Shown here one piece after another: positions 25,725-39,545 of a stretch of 64,000 nt of DNA. The DNA lies in NCBI RefSeq assembly GCF_006345805.1, contig NC_042997.1, positions 161,510,001 to 161,574,000 on the forward strand. The letters are read 5' to 3'. Position numbers and translations under genes: made by a program. The notes beneath the pieces were generated by a model. It was given only the letters and a program-made list of their open reading frames with translations. It was not told where the DNA came from and did not search any database. The DNA is from Octopus sinensis. Taxonomy: Eukaryota. The stretch's first letter is position 1; each line of letters begins with the position of its first letter.

Positions 25725-25989
25725 TGCTCCTTGCTGCTAGTGTAATGTTCACAGATTCTGATTTTCAAAAGTATGTGGAAGAAGTTTTCAGTTCTGTCAT
25801 CTTGTATTTTATCCTATGTGCTATGTAAGTATATTTGCTCCCACTGCTGACTTTCTTTACTTGGCTTATTGCTGCTTTCTGTCCCTCTTTTACACTTTTC
25901 CAATGAGTTTGCAGTGCATTTGAGTAGTCTATATAAAAAACTCAATATTGTTGTTGTCGTTGTTGTTATTATTATTATTATTAATATTA

Positions 25990-26436
25990 TGGTGGCGAGC
26001 TGACAGAATCTTTAGCAGGCCAGGCAAAATGCTTAGTGGCATTTCATCTGTCTTGGTGCTCTAAGTTCAAATTCCACCAAGGTTGACTTTGCCTTTCATC
26101 ATGATGAGGTTAATAAAATAAGTACCTGTAAAGTACTGGGGTCAATGTAATCGAATTTTCCCCTCCCCCAAAATTGGTGGCTTGTGCCAAAATTTGAAAC
26201 CATTATTACTATTATTATTATTAAGGCTGCGAGCTGGCAGAATCGTTTCGTCCATCTTTACATTCTGAGTTCAAATTCTGGCAAGGTCGACTTTGCCTTT
26301 CATTCTTTCAGGGTTAATTAAATAAGTACCAGTTATGCACTGGGGTCCTCCCCCAAAATTTCAGACCTTGTGCCTATAGTAGAAAGGATCATTATTATTA
26401 TTATTATTATTATTATTAGCAGCAGCAGTGGAAGTG

Positions 26437-26520
<84 letters not shown>

Positions 26521-26640
26521 ATGTGGTGAGCTGGTACAAGTGTCCAGTGTGTCAGGAAAATGCTTTTCTGGCATTTCTTTCAACTCTTCACATTCTGAGT
26601 TCAAATCTTGTCAGGGTCAACTTTGCCTTTCATCCCTGTC
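25990..26640 (+). mobile_element. Three tandem SINE family A copies separated by (TTA)n and (AGC)n(AGT)n microsatellites
   Basis: GGTGGCGAGCTGACAGAATC (25991), GCGAGCTGGCAGAATCG (~26229) and GGTGAGCTGGTAC (~26526) heads, each followed by GAGTTCAAAT. Confidence 0.8.
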
Positions 26641-28219
26641 AGAAGATACATTTGGTATGACCAATTGCTCTTTATAAATTGTATTTATAGATCACATTTA
26701 TAATTTGCCATTATCGATTATCAATACTGCATGATTTTGCCTAATTTCTATGGTTGGATGTCTTTCCTAATGCCAATCACTTTACAGAGTGTATTGGGTG
26801 CTATTTTTTTTTCTACAAGGCACCAGTACTAGTGAACTTGCCATGCAGCTTTCAAAACTAAGAATCCCATTGGCTGAGTGAGGCTACAATAAAGAAGGAA
26901 ATAGCTTTTGCTTACTGCTGTTCTGTGAAAATTTTCAAAAAGTTTTGAAAATTTAATGTAGTTGTGGTGTTTGAAATGGAGGATGGTCAAGACAAAAACT
27001 GGATTTTCAAAGCATTATTTCAACAGGGGTTATATTTAAATGTGATGTCAGTTAGACAAATGGAAGAGTATGAGGTGTCATTGTCCTTAATCTAGCTATG
27101 AACATCCAACAAAAACAGCCAATGTTTTCTCTGGTGATGCAAGTGATTGATGCTGAAACTCCTGAATCCATGATAGCATGGAAAAAACATACTTTTACAT
27201 ATTTGCTTTTTACAAACTTAAAAAATGAAGATCTTGATCATGATGTGGAAGAGGAAAGGGAGGAGAAGGGGAGGAGGATACAAGAAAATCCATTTACTCA
27301 CTAATACTTAAAACTCGTACTGGCCCATTCTTGTATTTCTCAACTTCCTTTTTATGTTTAATAATGCTTCTATAATCTTTATTCTTCTGAACCATCTGTT
27401 ACTCACATCTCAATCTACCACTCTACTTCTGTGTCTCATTTTCAAAACCTCCACCAAAAAAATTCAGCCCTGGACTGCATTGGAATATTTCAGAGAAGTT
27501 TGCTTTTCATACTTTCAAGGTCGATAAAATGACTGATATATTTAACTGTTGCCTCCTGTGGCTTTGTGCTGCCTATATAAGATCTGTATTTTAAACAAGA
27601 AACTGACTGCACAAACCTCACTCCAATTATCTCTCTCCCTACTGAATTAGAGAACTTCAACAGCCTACTGGTATGACTGCACCGCCCCTTCAGTCTTACA
27701 AATAAAAGTATTCCCTTAGAAAAAGCAATAGACTGTTCTTGTATTTTTTTAAGAAATGATAAAATATATTATGTTGATTTAAGCCTTGAAACTATTGATA
27801 GAATCTCAATGCAATGAAGATAAGAAAGTAGTATTAAATATCTTTAGGAAAAGATAGAACAAGATAAGTGAGTGTTGAAGGGAATTTGTGGTACATGATT
27901 TATTTATATACACATGAACAATACGTGCAAACATCAGTGCACTGCAAATAGAAGAGGCAATTAAGAAAAGCAGAAATAGAAATCTCATAACTTGATGTCA
28001 TTTTAGGAAAGATATCTGAAGAAAAACAGGATATCTTTTAATACTTTTATTCTCTATTCTCTGGCTGGTTTTCATCCTCGGACTATAGCCATGCTGGGGC
28101 ACTGTCATCAAGGGCTTAGTCAATCATATTAATCTCATTACTTATTTAAGTCTATTACTTAGTTGATCAAATTCTACTTGTCAAAGGACATACACAGATT
28201 GAATACAAACACTGATATG

Positions 28220-28274
<55 letters not shown>

Positions 28275-28338
28275 ACACACACATGCTCACACATGCACAC
28301 ACGTGCACGTACATGTGTGTGTGTGTATGTGTGTGCAT

Positions 28339-28370
<32 letters not shown>

Positions 28371-28429
28371 CTGTGTCTGTGTCTGTATGTCTGTCTGTCT
28401 GTGTGTGTGTGCATGCAGCTTGAAGTGTT

Positions 28430-29230
28430 TCAGCTTACAAGACAATGTGCCAGGGAAAATTGTGATGTTGTTGGAGAGAAGTGTGTTCACATGGATGATG
28501 ATTTATTTGCAGTTAGTGACCCTGCAAAGAAAGAGGCTTGGAAGTGTCACTATGAGAGGTTGCTAAATGCAGAGAATTCATGAGAGAAGGAGAGTTTGCC
28601 TACTGTGGATCCAACAGTGGGACTAGGTATCCGAATAGACAGTAGCATTGTAGGTAAAGCCATAAAGGATATGAAAACTAGGAAAGCCCCAGCCCATCAG
28701 GAACCAAGCTGAGATGCTTAAAATATCTGGCAGTGTGGGTTATGGTCATCCATATAGTTAAGCAGGTTGTACACGAAGGAATTTTACAAAATGACTGGTG
28801 TAGTAGAATCATAAAGCTTAGACAGAAATAATTACAGAGGTATAAAATTATTGGATCAGATGATGAAAGTTAAGAAGAGGGTAATAGCCTAACTAATTAG
28901 GAAGAGAGTTAGCTTAGATGAGATGCAGTTTGGTTTTGTTACAGGGAGAAGGATCACTGATGTAATATTTCTGGTAAGGCATCTGCAGGAGAGGTACCTA
29001 GCCAAAAATAAACCTCTGTACTTTATTTTTTGTTGACATGGAGAAAGCCTTTGACAGGATCCCCCACTCCCTTATCTGGTGGTCAATGCAGAAACTAGAG
29101 ATAGATGAGTGGTTGGTGAGAGCTGTACAAGCCATGTACAGGGATGCTGTCAGTAAGGGTTGGCAATGAGTATAGCTATGAATTCAGGGTACAAGTAGGG
29201 GTTCATCAAGGATCAGTCCTCAGCCCCAGT
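28430..29230 (+). mobile_element. Degraded RTE LINE RT fragment
   Basis: AWKCHYERLLNAEN, LDEMQFGFV, DMEKAFDRIP, VHQGSVLSP. Same family as 50650-51500. Confidence 0.85.
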
Positions 29231-29239
29231 GAGAGATAA

Positions 29240-29765
29240 ATATAATTTAATATTCACAGTATTTAAAATAAGAGCTACTAACAGTTTTTGCCATAGAGAC
29301 ACTGAGATGAGGGAAATACATATAACATACTTTCTTCGGATAATCTTCAGGCTCAAGACACATATTTAGTTCTGTTTGAAAACCAGGACACTGGTACATG
29401 AGAAATCATAGTGAAAAATGTAAAGAAATGTGGAATGAGAAGACAAAGGGTGGATGAAAATGGAAAAAGAAAGGAAAGAAAGGGCAAATTGAGACTTATG
29501 TCCCCTTGGACTGTAGAAATCCTTATTAATCTAGCTGGCATGGAATAATTTAACAAGGAGGCATCCAAAAACCTGTGAGATAGTTACTCAATCTAAAGAG
29601 GGTGGTGTCTTTCAGTTTGATAAAAGAAATTTGTCCATGTGCTTGCATTTGCTGGAAATTTTGGATCTGGAATTAAGTAATGTGATAAAACTTTTGGATC
29701 TTAACAGAATGCACGACCTTTTAGCTATGCATAAGCTACATCCTTTGACCCATGGTGGTTGCAGT
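29240..29765 (-). mobile_element. Penelope-like element 3' end (GIY-YIG C-terminal C..LC...EK...LLNSR motif) followed by a decayed hammerhead
   Basis: Similar to 41230-41580. Minus strand shows TGTAGCTTATGCATAGCTAAAAGG...TTACTTAATTCCAGATCC...CAGCAAATGCAAGCAC. Confidence 0.6.
29272..29354 (-). ncRNA. Decayed type I hammerhead ribozyme-like motif
   Basis: GAGC-CTGAAGA-[~55 nt]-ATGGCA-AAAAC-T-GTT-A-GTA^GCTC. Stem I is GAGC/GCTC and GAAA has become AAAA. Confidence 0.5.
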
Positions 29766-30375
29766 GGTGTCAGTGGAGATGTCATTGTTGTTGCTGCTGT
29801 TATTGTTGCTTAACTCCAGTTCAACTATAGCACAATCTTCAAATTGTTTTTGGACACAGCTATCTAAGACTATATCATCTAATGCATCCAAATTTTTGTA
29901 AGATGGTATTGTGAATCAAAATGAAATTTAGATGTTATATCTGGTGAATTGCACAACCATATTCATGTTCCCTCACTAGCACATTTCACATATGTATAAC
30001 ATTGTAGCAAAGAGGTTTTTTTTAAATAACAATTTTCTGTTATTTATAGACAGTCATCTCAGTTCTGAAAGCAAGGCACCTAGTTGAATAGCATTAGTAG
30101 TGATGAGTAGGGCACAAGAGTGCAGCTAAATATTCAAAGTGCCTGACTGTTTAGACAGAACAGTACTTGCTGTGTTCCCAAGGAGGAGTACAAATTTCTG
30201 AAAAAACTTTGTGGTTTGAACTGTGACTGAGTTTGTGGTGATTATTAACCTCATGCAAAGATGCAAAAGCAGTGTAAGTTTTACACTGACTCGAGTCTGG
30301 TGCAGCCTTCCAGCATGCCAGCGTGAACAATGGACGTTAAATGAAGATGATGACGATGTGTGTGTGTGTGTGTGA

Positions 30376-30407
<32 letters not shown>

Positions 30408-30414
30408 GTGCTAA

Positions 30415-30560
30415 CATGGATGCGTGGTTAAGAAGTTCACTTCCAACAATGTGGATTCAAGTTCAGTCCTTCAGTTTAACACTTGAACAAATTTCTTCAA
30501 GTTTAGCCTGGACAAACCAAAACCTTGTGAGAGGTGGATAGAAAGTGAGAGAAACCAATC
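30415..30560 (+). mobile_element. tRNA-derived SINE family B, 5' part
   Basis: GCGTGGTTAAGAAGTTCACTTCC...GGATTCAAGTTCAGTCC...CAAACCAAAACCTTGTGAGAGGTGG. Confidence 0.65.
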
Positions 30561-30596
30561 TTGTGTGTGTGTATGTGTGTGTGTGTGTGTGTGTGT

Positions 30597-30630
<34 letters not shown>

Positions 30631-31883
30631 TGTATGTATGTGTGTGTGTGCGAGTGTGTGCATGTGAGTGTTTGTGTGTGTGTTTGTGTGTGTGTTATTA
30701 TCACTATTACCCTCATTTAATGCCCACTATGATCTTTGAGATGTAAGTTCCCTCTGTCAGGACTGACCTGGCCATAAAACCTAACAATGACATCAAGAAC
30801 AACTATAACAACATCAACAACAACAGCAATGACATCAATGATAAGAGCAAGAAATGACAAAATTAATAACTACAGATGCAACAAGAAAATCTTGAGATTA
30901 TCAGTGCAGCACAATCAAGGTCATAGCACTATATGAAGAAGTCGACAATTTGTTTGGTATTCAAAAGGGTATATTTATATCATCAATTAAGCTTACTCTT
31001 TAGGATCAGGAAATGCTTCAGCACTAATTAAGTATTGATTTTTTCTACAAGAAAACAAAACATTGTACATCCAAGTGCTGCTCTCATATCTGATAATAAC
31101 CTGCCTGAGCAAACTCAAAATATAAGAATGGTTATCCAGTAAGTGGTTTCTTTTTCTGTTATAAATGAGAAAAATACCTTTCTCTCTGCAATTTAGTATG
31201 ATTCAGACCAGATTGCAACAAAAATAATTTTCACCTGAGGAATTTTGTTTTTATGATAATGACTTGCATCAATAACAATAACATCCAAGAGTACTACCAA
31301 ATCAATGAGCTAAGTTAATAAAAATATCCTCCTCACACACATCAGTTGGTTTTCCCTCTTAAATCAGTATCTGCTCAGGGGCTATCAAACAAACCCAAGA
31401 AAATTAATCTAAGTGATGGGGGCAACAATACTTTCATCATAAAGGTTGGCCTGGAACTAAATAACAACAGTTATAAGTGTTTCAAGTCAACATGAAATCT
31501 TGTATATTAGTGTCTTTTATGCCTTCCCTTCTGTCATTTACCACCCAGTTTGGGGAAATCTGCCTTTTATGTTACATATAACAATACAGACTAAATCATT
31601 TGTATATGAAAAATTTATAGAAATGTGATGTACTGAATACCATAAACAAAAAATTCCTAACACAGTGAAATTTCCTTTTCAGTTAGAGAAAGGAAACAAA
31701 ACCTAGCATGATTCGTTTTTGATGCCCAAAGAAAAAGGTAGATAACTTCAAGAAATGACAAATTAATCTTTCAAATTTAATTTGCTTAGAAGAAATACTC
31801 ATGTTGCTGTCAGCATGCTATCATCAAGATAGTGTGTTAGCATACACACATGCACACAGATACACATACAAACTATATATATA

Positions 31884-32721
31884 TGAGGTCTGATCAATAA
31901 ATGAAGCCACTTGACACATTGACCTTGACCTCTGCTGTGTATGTGCACTAAGTTTTAACATTCTAAGCTCACTTCCACTGTTTACAGCAGTGCTTGGAAG
32001 TAACTTGTGTAACGTGTGATCGTCGCATTGATAATGACAGAGAAAGTTGTCATGGTGATACCTGCTTAGAGGCCAATGCAAAGTTGTATGGAGAGGAGTG
32101 TATGAGCAGCACACAAGTGTACAAGTGGTTCAGACATTTTCAAGATGGCTGAAAAAATGTTGAAAGTGGCGAACGTTCTGGGAACCCACAACCAGCAGAA
32201 CTGAGAAAAACATCACAGATGTGCATGCAGCTGTGAGAGAAATTATTGAATAACCACCCGTGAGTTATCAGAGGATGTGCAGATTAGTTACAGCCCAGTT
32301 CAGTCCATTATCACAGAAGATTTGGGTATGAGATGCTTGTCTGACAAGTTTGTGCCAAAACTGCTTTCAGCTGACCAAAAGGACACTTGGGTTTCAGTTG
32401 CACAAAATCTCCTTGATTGTGTAGAGAATGATGAAAACTTTTTGAAAACTTTGTGTAAGCCTCTCAGCAGGTATCATCAAGCTTTTGGCTAAATTTGATG
32501 CAGATTCTCTCCTTGACTTTCTGTCATGATCAATGCAATGAACACATGCAACACACTTTCCTCCCAAGCACTGCTGTAAACAGCAGAAGTGAGTTACAAT
32601 GTTAAAACTTATTGTGCATGCACAGCAGAGTTCAAGGTCAATCCGTGCCCAGTGGCTTTACTCTGAATGCTTTAGCTTCGTTACTATGGCAGTAGTCCGG
32701 ATACTTATTGATCAGACCATG
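31884..32721 (+). mobile_element. Non-autonomous mariner derivative: 5' half of the transposase closed by an inverted copy of the 5' end
   Basis: TA|TGAGGTCTGATCAATAA...TTATTGATCAGACCATG|TA. Internal EECMSSTQVYKWF, IITEDLGMRCLSDKFVPKLL. 32460-32721 mirrors 31884-32075. Confidence 0.85.
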
Positions 32722-32950
32722 TATGTATGTATGTATGTATGTATGTATGTATGTATGTATGTATGTATGTATGTATGTATGTAGGTATGTATGTATGTAT
32801 GTATGTATGTATGTATGTATGTATGTATCTATCTATCTATCTAGCTAGCTATGCCTACATGCATGTATGTATGTATGTATGTATGTATGTATGTATGTAT
32901 GTATGTATGTATGTATGTATGTATGTATGTATGTATGTATGTATGTATAA
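32720..32950. repeat. Long (TATG)n tetranucleotide array
   Basis: Direct reading. Confidence 0.95.
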
Positions 32951-34384
32951 GAAATTTTAATGTTTTACATAAAACCCATTCCCCATCCTTAATTCGGCAG
33001 AAAGTTAAAAGGAGCCTATTTTTGGCTTGGAACTCTTATTTGTAGATATTAAACTTTGTCAATTTTATGGGGACTCTTCTTTTTCTTCAAACTAAATAAA
33101 TAAGATATGAAAAAGTTTTGTATTACTGACTCAATCAACAGTTAAAATCATGTTGTTATTGAAGTTAGCATTTATTTTGTCTAAGTTTATTAGTACTGAT
33201 GTAACTGTGGGTTTAAGAAGTTCATTGCATGATCAGGTGATTCTAGATTCAAGTCCACTATGCAGTACTTTAGGTAAATCTCATCTAATATAACTCTCAG
33301 TTGATCTAAGCTTTGTGGGAGAAATTCTGTAGAGAGAAAGAGTGTGAAGCCTTTCAGATGAACTGTAGCTATTCTTAAACAAACAGTAGACTTACTTAAC
33401 CTGTCACTCACTTTAACACCACTACCTGGCTTTTAGACATCTTTAGAAATATTTACTTCTGTGGCCAGAGCTTATCCAAATTTTTTAGTAATTTAAGCTG
33501 AAAGTACAAAGCGTCCCACTAACTAGAACACCCATCTACTATAGCATACTTATTTTCAGCTGAGCATACTGAAGCAATACGAAATGAATGGCTTCTCTCT
33601 AGGACACCATGTACCACACAATACCACCCAATCAGAGAATTAAATGCAAACTAATGATTGTGAGCCCAACACCTTACCCTCTAGGTCATGCATCTTCACA
33701 ATATCCATTTACTTGCAAGGATTCTGATCTGGTCTGTGGTCTAAAGATAAATAATTCAAGCCATTTTCCTTGTCTTCTTCTACCAGCCTAGAAAGCACAG
33801 AAAAATGTTTATGACTACCTTTCTTACACTACATCATTAAAAGAGAAAAATGATATGCATCTTCTATCAGGTTGGAAATAGATACCACTTTGGCTCATGT
33901 TACAAAATGTTTGGCCTAGTAAATCATACAGTGGTTATAAATTCCAGAGCTATCCAATTTAGTATCACTATGAGTACTTAGGAGAATATTATCACATGAA
34001 TGATAAGACATCAGACTTATTATACAGATAAAGCTTTCTAACATTCTTGAAATAAAACATGATAATAAGGATGCTATATTAGAAAGTCTTCAAAATATCT
34101 AACAATTTAGGAATGTCAGTTAAATTAAAATGTATAAGAAAATGATATTTGATTAAAATAACATATTAAAGCTTCTTCCAAGCTTTTACAGATAATACAC
34201 ATCTATTTAATAAGTGTTAAGCAAATTTATATATCAACAGAAGTAAAAAGTTGTTGTTTAGGCCCAGATAAGCCTTGGTTGAGCAGATCTGTAATCAGCT
34301 ATGACCCTCGTATCTTGTTCTGTATATAGAACTATATTTTTAAGAAAGGAGGGTGTGATTTAAGGCAATTTGGCTACTGTATAT

Positions 34385-34461
34385 AATGGGGCAAAGCCTT
34401 GTGAATGGATTTGGTAGATGGAAGCTGAAAAAAGCCCATCGTATACATGTATATATATATG

Positions 34462-34494
<33 letters not shown>

Positions 34495-34700
34495 ATATGT
34501 TTGTGTGTCTGTGTTTGTCCCCCCAACATCACTTGACAACCAATGCTGGTGTGTTTACATCCCCATAACTTAGCAGTTCAGCAAAAGAAACTGACAGAAT
34601 AAGTACTAGGCTTACAAAGAAAAAGTCCCGGGGTTGATTTGCTTGACTAAAGAGGCTGTGCTCCAGCATGGCCACAGTCAAATGACTGAAACAAGACATA
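34385..34700 (+). mobile_element. SINE family B copy
   Basis: AAAGCCTTGTGAATGGATTTGGTAG...TTAGCAGTTCAGCAAAAGAAACTGACAGAATAAGTACTAGGC...CCAGCATGGCCACAGTCAAATGACTGAAAC. Confidence 0.85.
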
Positions 34701-35188
34701 CTCCAACCTCTAACCCTCAAATGTGCTCTCTCATATATTTACATTTTATACTACAACTATTACAGCCTTTATTCCTTGAAGCTGACTTAGCTCAAGCCTC
34801 CTCCACATAGCCATTTTTGTTCTACTCTTCTTTTAAGAAGCTTGTTATGTCCATCCCCATCCCCACCTCTGGCCTTGTACTAATTACTGCACTCTGTCTT
34901 TCATTCTCAGATTATTAGCCCTCTGGAATTTTTTTTCTTCAGTCATATCATTGTCACTGGTGTTGACTTAAGAAAGGTTCAAGAGAAGTAATAATGGCAT
35001 CAATCCCATTAGTCTTGGAGGGAAGTCAAAAGCCATGGACACCGCCCCTTTTTCCAGTAAGTAGCAAGTAAAGTAAAACACAACTGGGTGAGATGAAAGC
35101 CATAACAAGACTAGTGATAAAAGAAAGAGTGGTAGATGAGAATCAGAGTGATATAGCAAGAGGGTATTAGTGATGAAAGAACAATGAA

Positions 35189-35221
<33 letters not shown>

Positions 35222-36299
35222 GACAGAGAGAGACAGGCAGACAGACAGACAGAGGGGGGGGGAGATAAAGAGAAAGATTGAGAGAAAGATGGACAGAGAA
35301 TGGTAGAAAGAGTGAAAGACAGTTACATGATGGCTGTCAGTAAATAGAGGAAAGATGAAGAAAAAGGAAATAAAGGAAGATATAAAAGTACAGTTCTTAA
35401 CATGGGAGGCAAAACTGATTATTGTTATGATAAAATTTCATTGTTTTACTTTTATAACTTTGTCATTTTGCCGTAAATGGCTACTGTGAATTACATTCAT
35501 TCAAATTTTACCATACTGCAGGACTGCTACAGTGTTCTTACATAGGCTCTATCTAGCCTTATTAGTTGTTTTCTACAAGAAAAATTTTAGTCTTAATCAA
35601 TTCTATAGCAAACTTATTGAAAAAATATCAAAGACAATCAAAGATAAATAAGCCTCTTATTCAACAGTATTAAAACTGGTGTAGATAGAAATGTGATAAA
35701 AATGCATTTCTAATGATAACAACAGAAGATCCGTTATCTAACAGAAGTATATGACAAAGTTAGAAGTTACAACAAACTGTAAAGAAAAGAAAAGTTCTAT
35801 GACTGCAAGAAAAAGAAGATGATCTACAATATCATTGTTAGTACATGTGATGTGAACTAAGATAAAAATACATATCATCACCCTAATGTTCTGTAAGAAA
35901 AAAAAAAGCAAGAAATGTAAAGAAAATATAGTTAGGGCATATTTTTATTTTTATAACTAGTAACTTATTCTTTGAGCACTTTTATGCAGAACACATATGT
36001 CTGGTATCTGAGTCACCAGAGAATATGTTATTCTGAAAATATCTTATGTAGATGACTATCACAAGCATATTAAAAAGAGTACTGATGCAAGGGAAGATAA
36101 CATTTGTTTTTTACAAATCTTTTACTTTAAATGTTTAAAATATGACTATTTCAATAATTCACTCTTAACAATTATGAAAAAAAAACACTACAGGGAAAAG
36201 AAACAGCAAAAAGAAAGTGTAAGAGGATTAGAAAAAGAAGGAGAGGCAAAGTGAGAGAACAGTGTAATATTTATTTGTAAATTAACATGTTCTCTCAGA

Positions 36300-37020
36300 T
36301 AATGCTCAATCAGTTCTTGTGTTCCTTAGTGTTTGGTCTTGTGCCTCACTCTTTCCTTCTATACATCAAAGATCGACTTGTTGCCACATCAAGCAATGCC
36401 CACTCTTATGTAGATGACATGACTCTTTGTAATCTTCCTTAACTATTATCCACGACCCAAAAACTATATTTCAAAATTACAAGACCTTGAGAGTGAGGCT
36501 ATACAAACCTTGTCATCATCACACTACAAGAGCCCTTACAGTTTCTCCAAATGCTGGGCCTCACTGTCACCAATGATCCCTCTTAGTGAAAGTTCATTCT
36601 TAGCGCAGCTAGAACTGCATCCTGAAGGCTAGCCCTCCACTTTAGGGTCAAAAGAAGAGGGTGGGAGAATTTGAGAGAGAGAGATGATGCAAGAACATTT
36701 ACAGCACTTCACCCTCTCTACTCTAGAGGGACTCACAGCTAAAACTTATACAAATTCCACAAATCACAATTTGGGAATATCACTCATGCTTATCATATTT
36801 TTGTAACATAACCATTATACCTCAGAGATTAGACTTTCTTTCTGTGGCCATAAATTCTAAATTTCTATCATTAAGGCAAAGATTCACAAGGCTCTAAATA
36901 CTAAACTGTGTACTACTCTCACTGAAATCAAATCGATGTATTTTCACTTCCAGCATTTTCCCATCCCTGCTGTATCACTCTCACAAATCTCTACACTAGA
37001 CACTTTGTTCCAACATCTAC
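36300..37020 (+). pseudogene. Degraded CR1/L2-type LINE RT fragment
   Basis: LYIKDRLVATSSNAHSYVDDMTL (YADD-like), heavily interrupted downstream. Confidence 0.6.
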
Positions 37021-37024
37021 CTCT

Positions 37025-37425
37025 TACTCTTTTACTCTTTTACTTGTTTCAGTCATTTGACTGTGGCCATGCTGGAGCACCGTCTTTAGTCGAGCAAATC
37101 AACCCCAGGACTTATTCTTTGTAAGCCTAGTACTTATTCTATCGGTCTCTTTTGCCAAACTGCTAAGTTATGTGGACGTAAACACACCAGCATCGGTTGT
37201 CAAGCAATGTTGGGGGGACAAACACAGATGCACATACATATACACACACACATAGATATATATACACATATATACAATGGGCTTCTTACAGTTTCCATCT
37301 ACCAAATCCACTCACAAGGCTTTGGTCTGCCTGAGGCTATAGTAGAAGACACTTGCCCAAGGTGCCACACAATGAGACTGAACCCAGAACCATGTGGTTG
37401 GTAAGCAAGCTACTCACTAGACAGC
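37025..37425 (-). mobile_element. Near-full-length SINE family B copy
   Basis: Minus strand: tRNA-like head GTAGCTTGCTTACCAACCACATGGTTCTGGGTTCAGTC, body shared with 34385-34700, GAGTAAAA-type tail. Confidence 0.88.
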
Positions 37426-38499
37426 CCTATTTATTAATTTTTCCCTAACAGTATTAACCTGCAGAAATTTAGACTAAATTTCACTAGTCTGTGATAACCA
37501 ACAAAGGCTATGTGTACTACCCATCCCTTCTAGACTAACAGTTTAAGAAGTTGCATACTCAAAATAAAGGTAGGTATCTCACACTCAGCTAGTGAGATAT
37601 TCATCAAAAGTGGAAAAATTGAAATTATATATGTAAGAATGTAAACAAAATAGTAAAATTAAAAACTAGAAACAACTTTAAATAAACGACTTCCTCTTAG
37701 ATAATAACTAAAGAGAAACAACAATAGCCAGCAACAACGAAACAATTAATATTACTATCTTTGTTAAGAAAATTCAAGATATTACATACTTGAATCCAAA
37801 TTAGAAAGATTGTACTCCTACACAGTCTGAGAATAATTGAACGTTTTTACTAAAGTTGCCAAATGGCAATTAAATCTAGTGAAGATGCTCTTTTAAGATA
37901 GAGGAGTATAACTTGGCCAAAATAAATATTTTTATCTAAGAGTAAAAACAGACAGTACTGTAAAACAGACATCAAACATTGTAGTTTACATCTAACTGTT
38001 TGCCATATTGTTGATGGTATATTCTAATGGTAATTTTAAATCCATGATGACGATGATGATGATTATGTGTGTGAAGTAAATACAAGTTTTGTCTAAAGAA
38101 TTTCCTGCAAAACTATAAATCATAGTTTTTGCATTATATTAACATTTATACTGTTTATGCTGTCAGTTTTGGAGTCAATATTCAGGATACTGGAGTGCAT
38201 TTTAAAGGAATATATATGGTTGTATATTATTAAATGCTACCAACAATTTATTACTTCAGAAACGAACAATTTACTCTTGCATCCTTTACATGTCAGAAGC
38301 TACATTTGAAAAATAATAATACATAGGATAGAACATTCTAATGAGATTATCAACTAAATACAGACAAAAGTTATTTGAATTGATGGTATTTCATAATTTT
38401 GTGATATAAAGTTTCTGTCTGGTGTATGACCTTGGGTTTTCTCCACCTCATATCTGGAAGATCTTTCAACAAAATCTTCTTAATATACTCAGCCATATC

Positions 38500-38850
38500 A
38501 AATATTATTGACTAAACAACATATTTATAAACTCTGCTTCGTCAATCACTAGAACACTCAAATGTTGTTCAAGATCTTCAGCACTCTCTGGATTCAGAGA
38601 GTAACCAATGAGCAATTCCGTTGGACCCCTGCTCCCACCTCTGACAAACAATGACAAACAAAATAGCAAAATGACTGCTACAATTTACCAAGCACAGTTT
38701 ATTGGAGCTACACAATAGCCAAGCCATCATCTGGGAACTGACTATAGACATCCCAATGGAGTACTGTGATGCCATAACTACTGATCTGCTTAGAACACTG
38801 ATGCTGAAATGGGGTATGCAATGTACATAATCTATCTAAAATAAGTGCAA
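38500..38850 (+). pseudogene. Degraded CR1-type LINE 3' coding fragment
   Basis: TIYQAQ...IW-like motif reminiscent of LYKAQVRP.LEY; many stops. Confidence 0.4.
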
Positions 38851-39119
38851 TGTAGCTTTGTCAAGTACACCAGTGATAGCAATTTTTTTGATGTCAGATA
38901 TTCCTTCGATTTTTTCAGCACAAATGGAGAAAGTTTTATTTACTTTCAGCTAGGTATCATATTCTTTTATGTATTGAAAGTTGGCACAATAAACCCTCAG
39001 TTCAATGTTATTACAAAACATTTTTTGCCTTCAGATTCATGATAACATTCTGTTTTGCATTGCCTTAAAGTATAATTTATTGCTTGAAATAGTTATTCAT
39101 TATTGATACTTAAATATTT

Positions 39120-39545
39120 TAAGGTGGCAAGCTGGTAGAATCATTAGCATGCTCGGTAAAATGCTTAGCAGCATTTCATCCATTCTAAGTTCAAATTCCA
39201 CCAAGGTTGACTTCACCTTTCATCCTTTCGAGGTTGATAAAACAAGAGCCAGTTGAACACTGGGGTCGAAATTGCTGGCCTTGTGCCAAAATTTAAAACC
39301 AATAATTCAATAATTTAAATAATTTAAGATGGTGAGCTGGCAGAAACATTACTGCGCCGGGCGAAATGCTTGCAGTATTTTGTTTGTTTTTAGGTTCTGA
39401 GTTCAAATGCTGCCAAGGTAAACTTTGCTTTTCATCCTTTTGGACGTCAATAAAATATGTACCAGTTGAGCACTGAAGTTGATGTAAATGACTTACCCCC
39501 TCTCCTGAAATTCCTGGCCTTTTGCCAAAATTTTAGACCAATATT
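39120..39545 (+). mobile_element. Two tandem SINE family A copies
   Basis: AGGTGGCAAGCTGGTAGAATC... and GATGGTGAGCTGGCAGAAAC... heads. Confidence 0.82.

Noticed and set aside
27098-27304. 68-aa ORF with an acidic tail
   Set aside because: No motif, splice or codon support; possibly decayed LINE ORF1.
35740-35920. Strong minus-strand pyrimidine tracts ending in cag
   Set aside because: No convincing donor or coding frame follows; A-rich tracts are common here.
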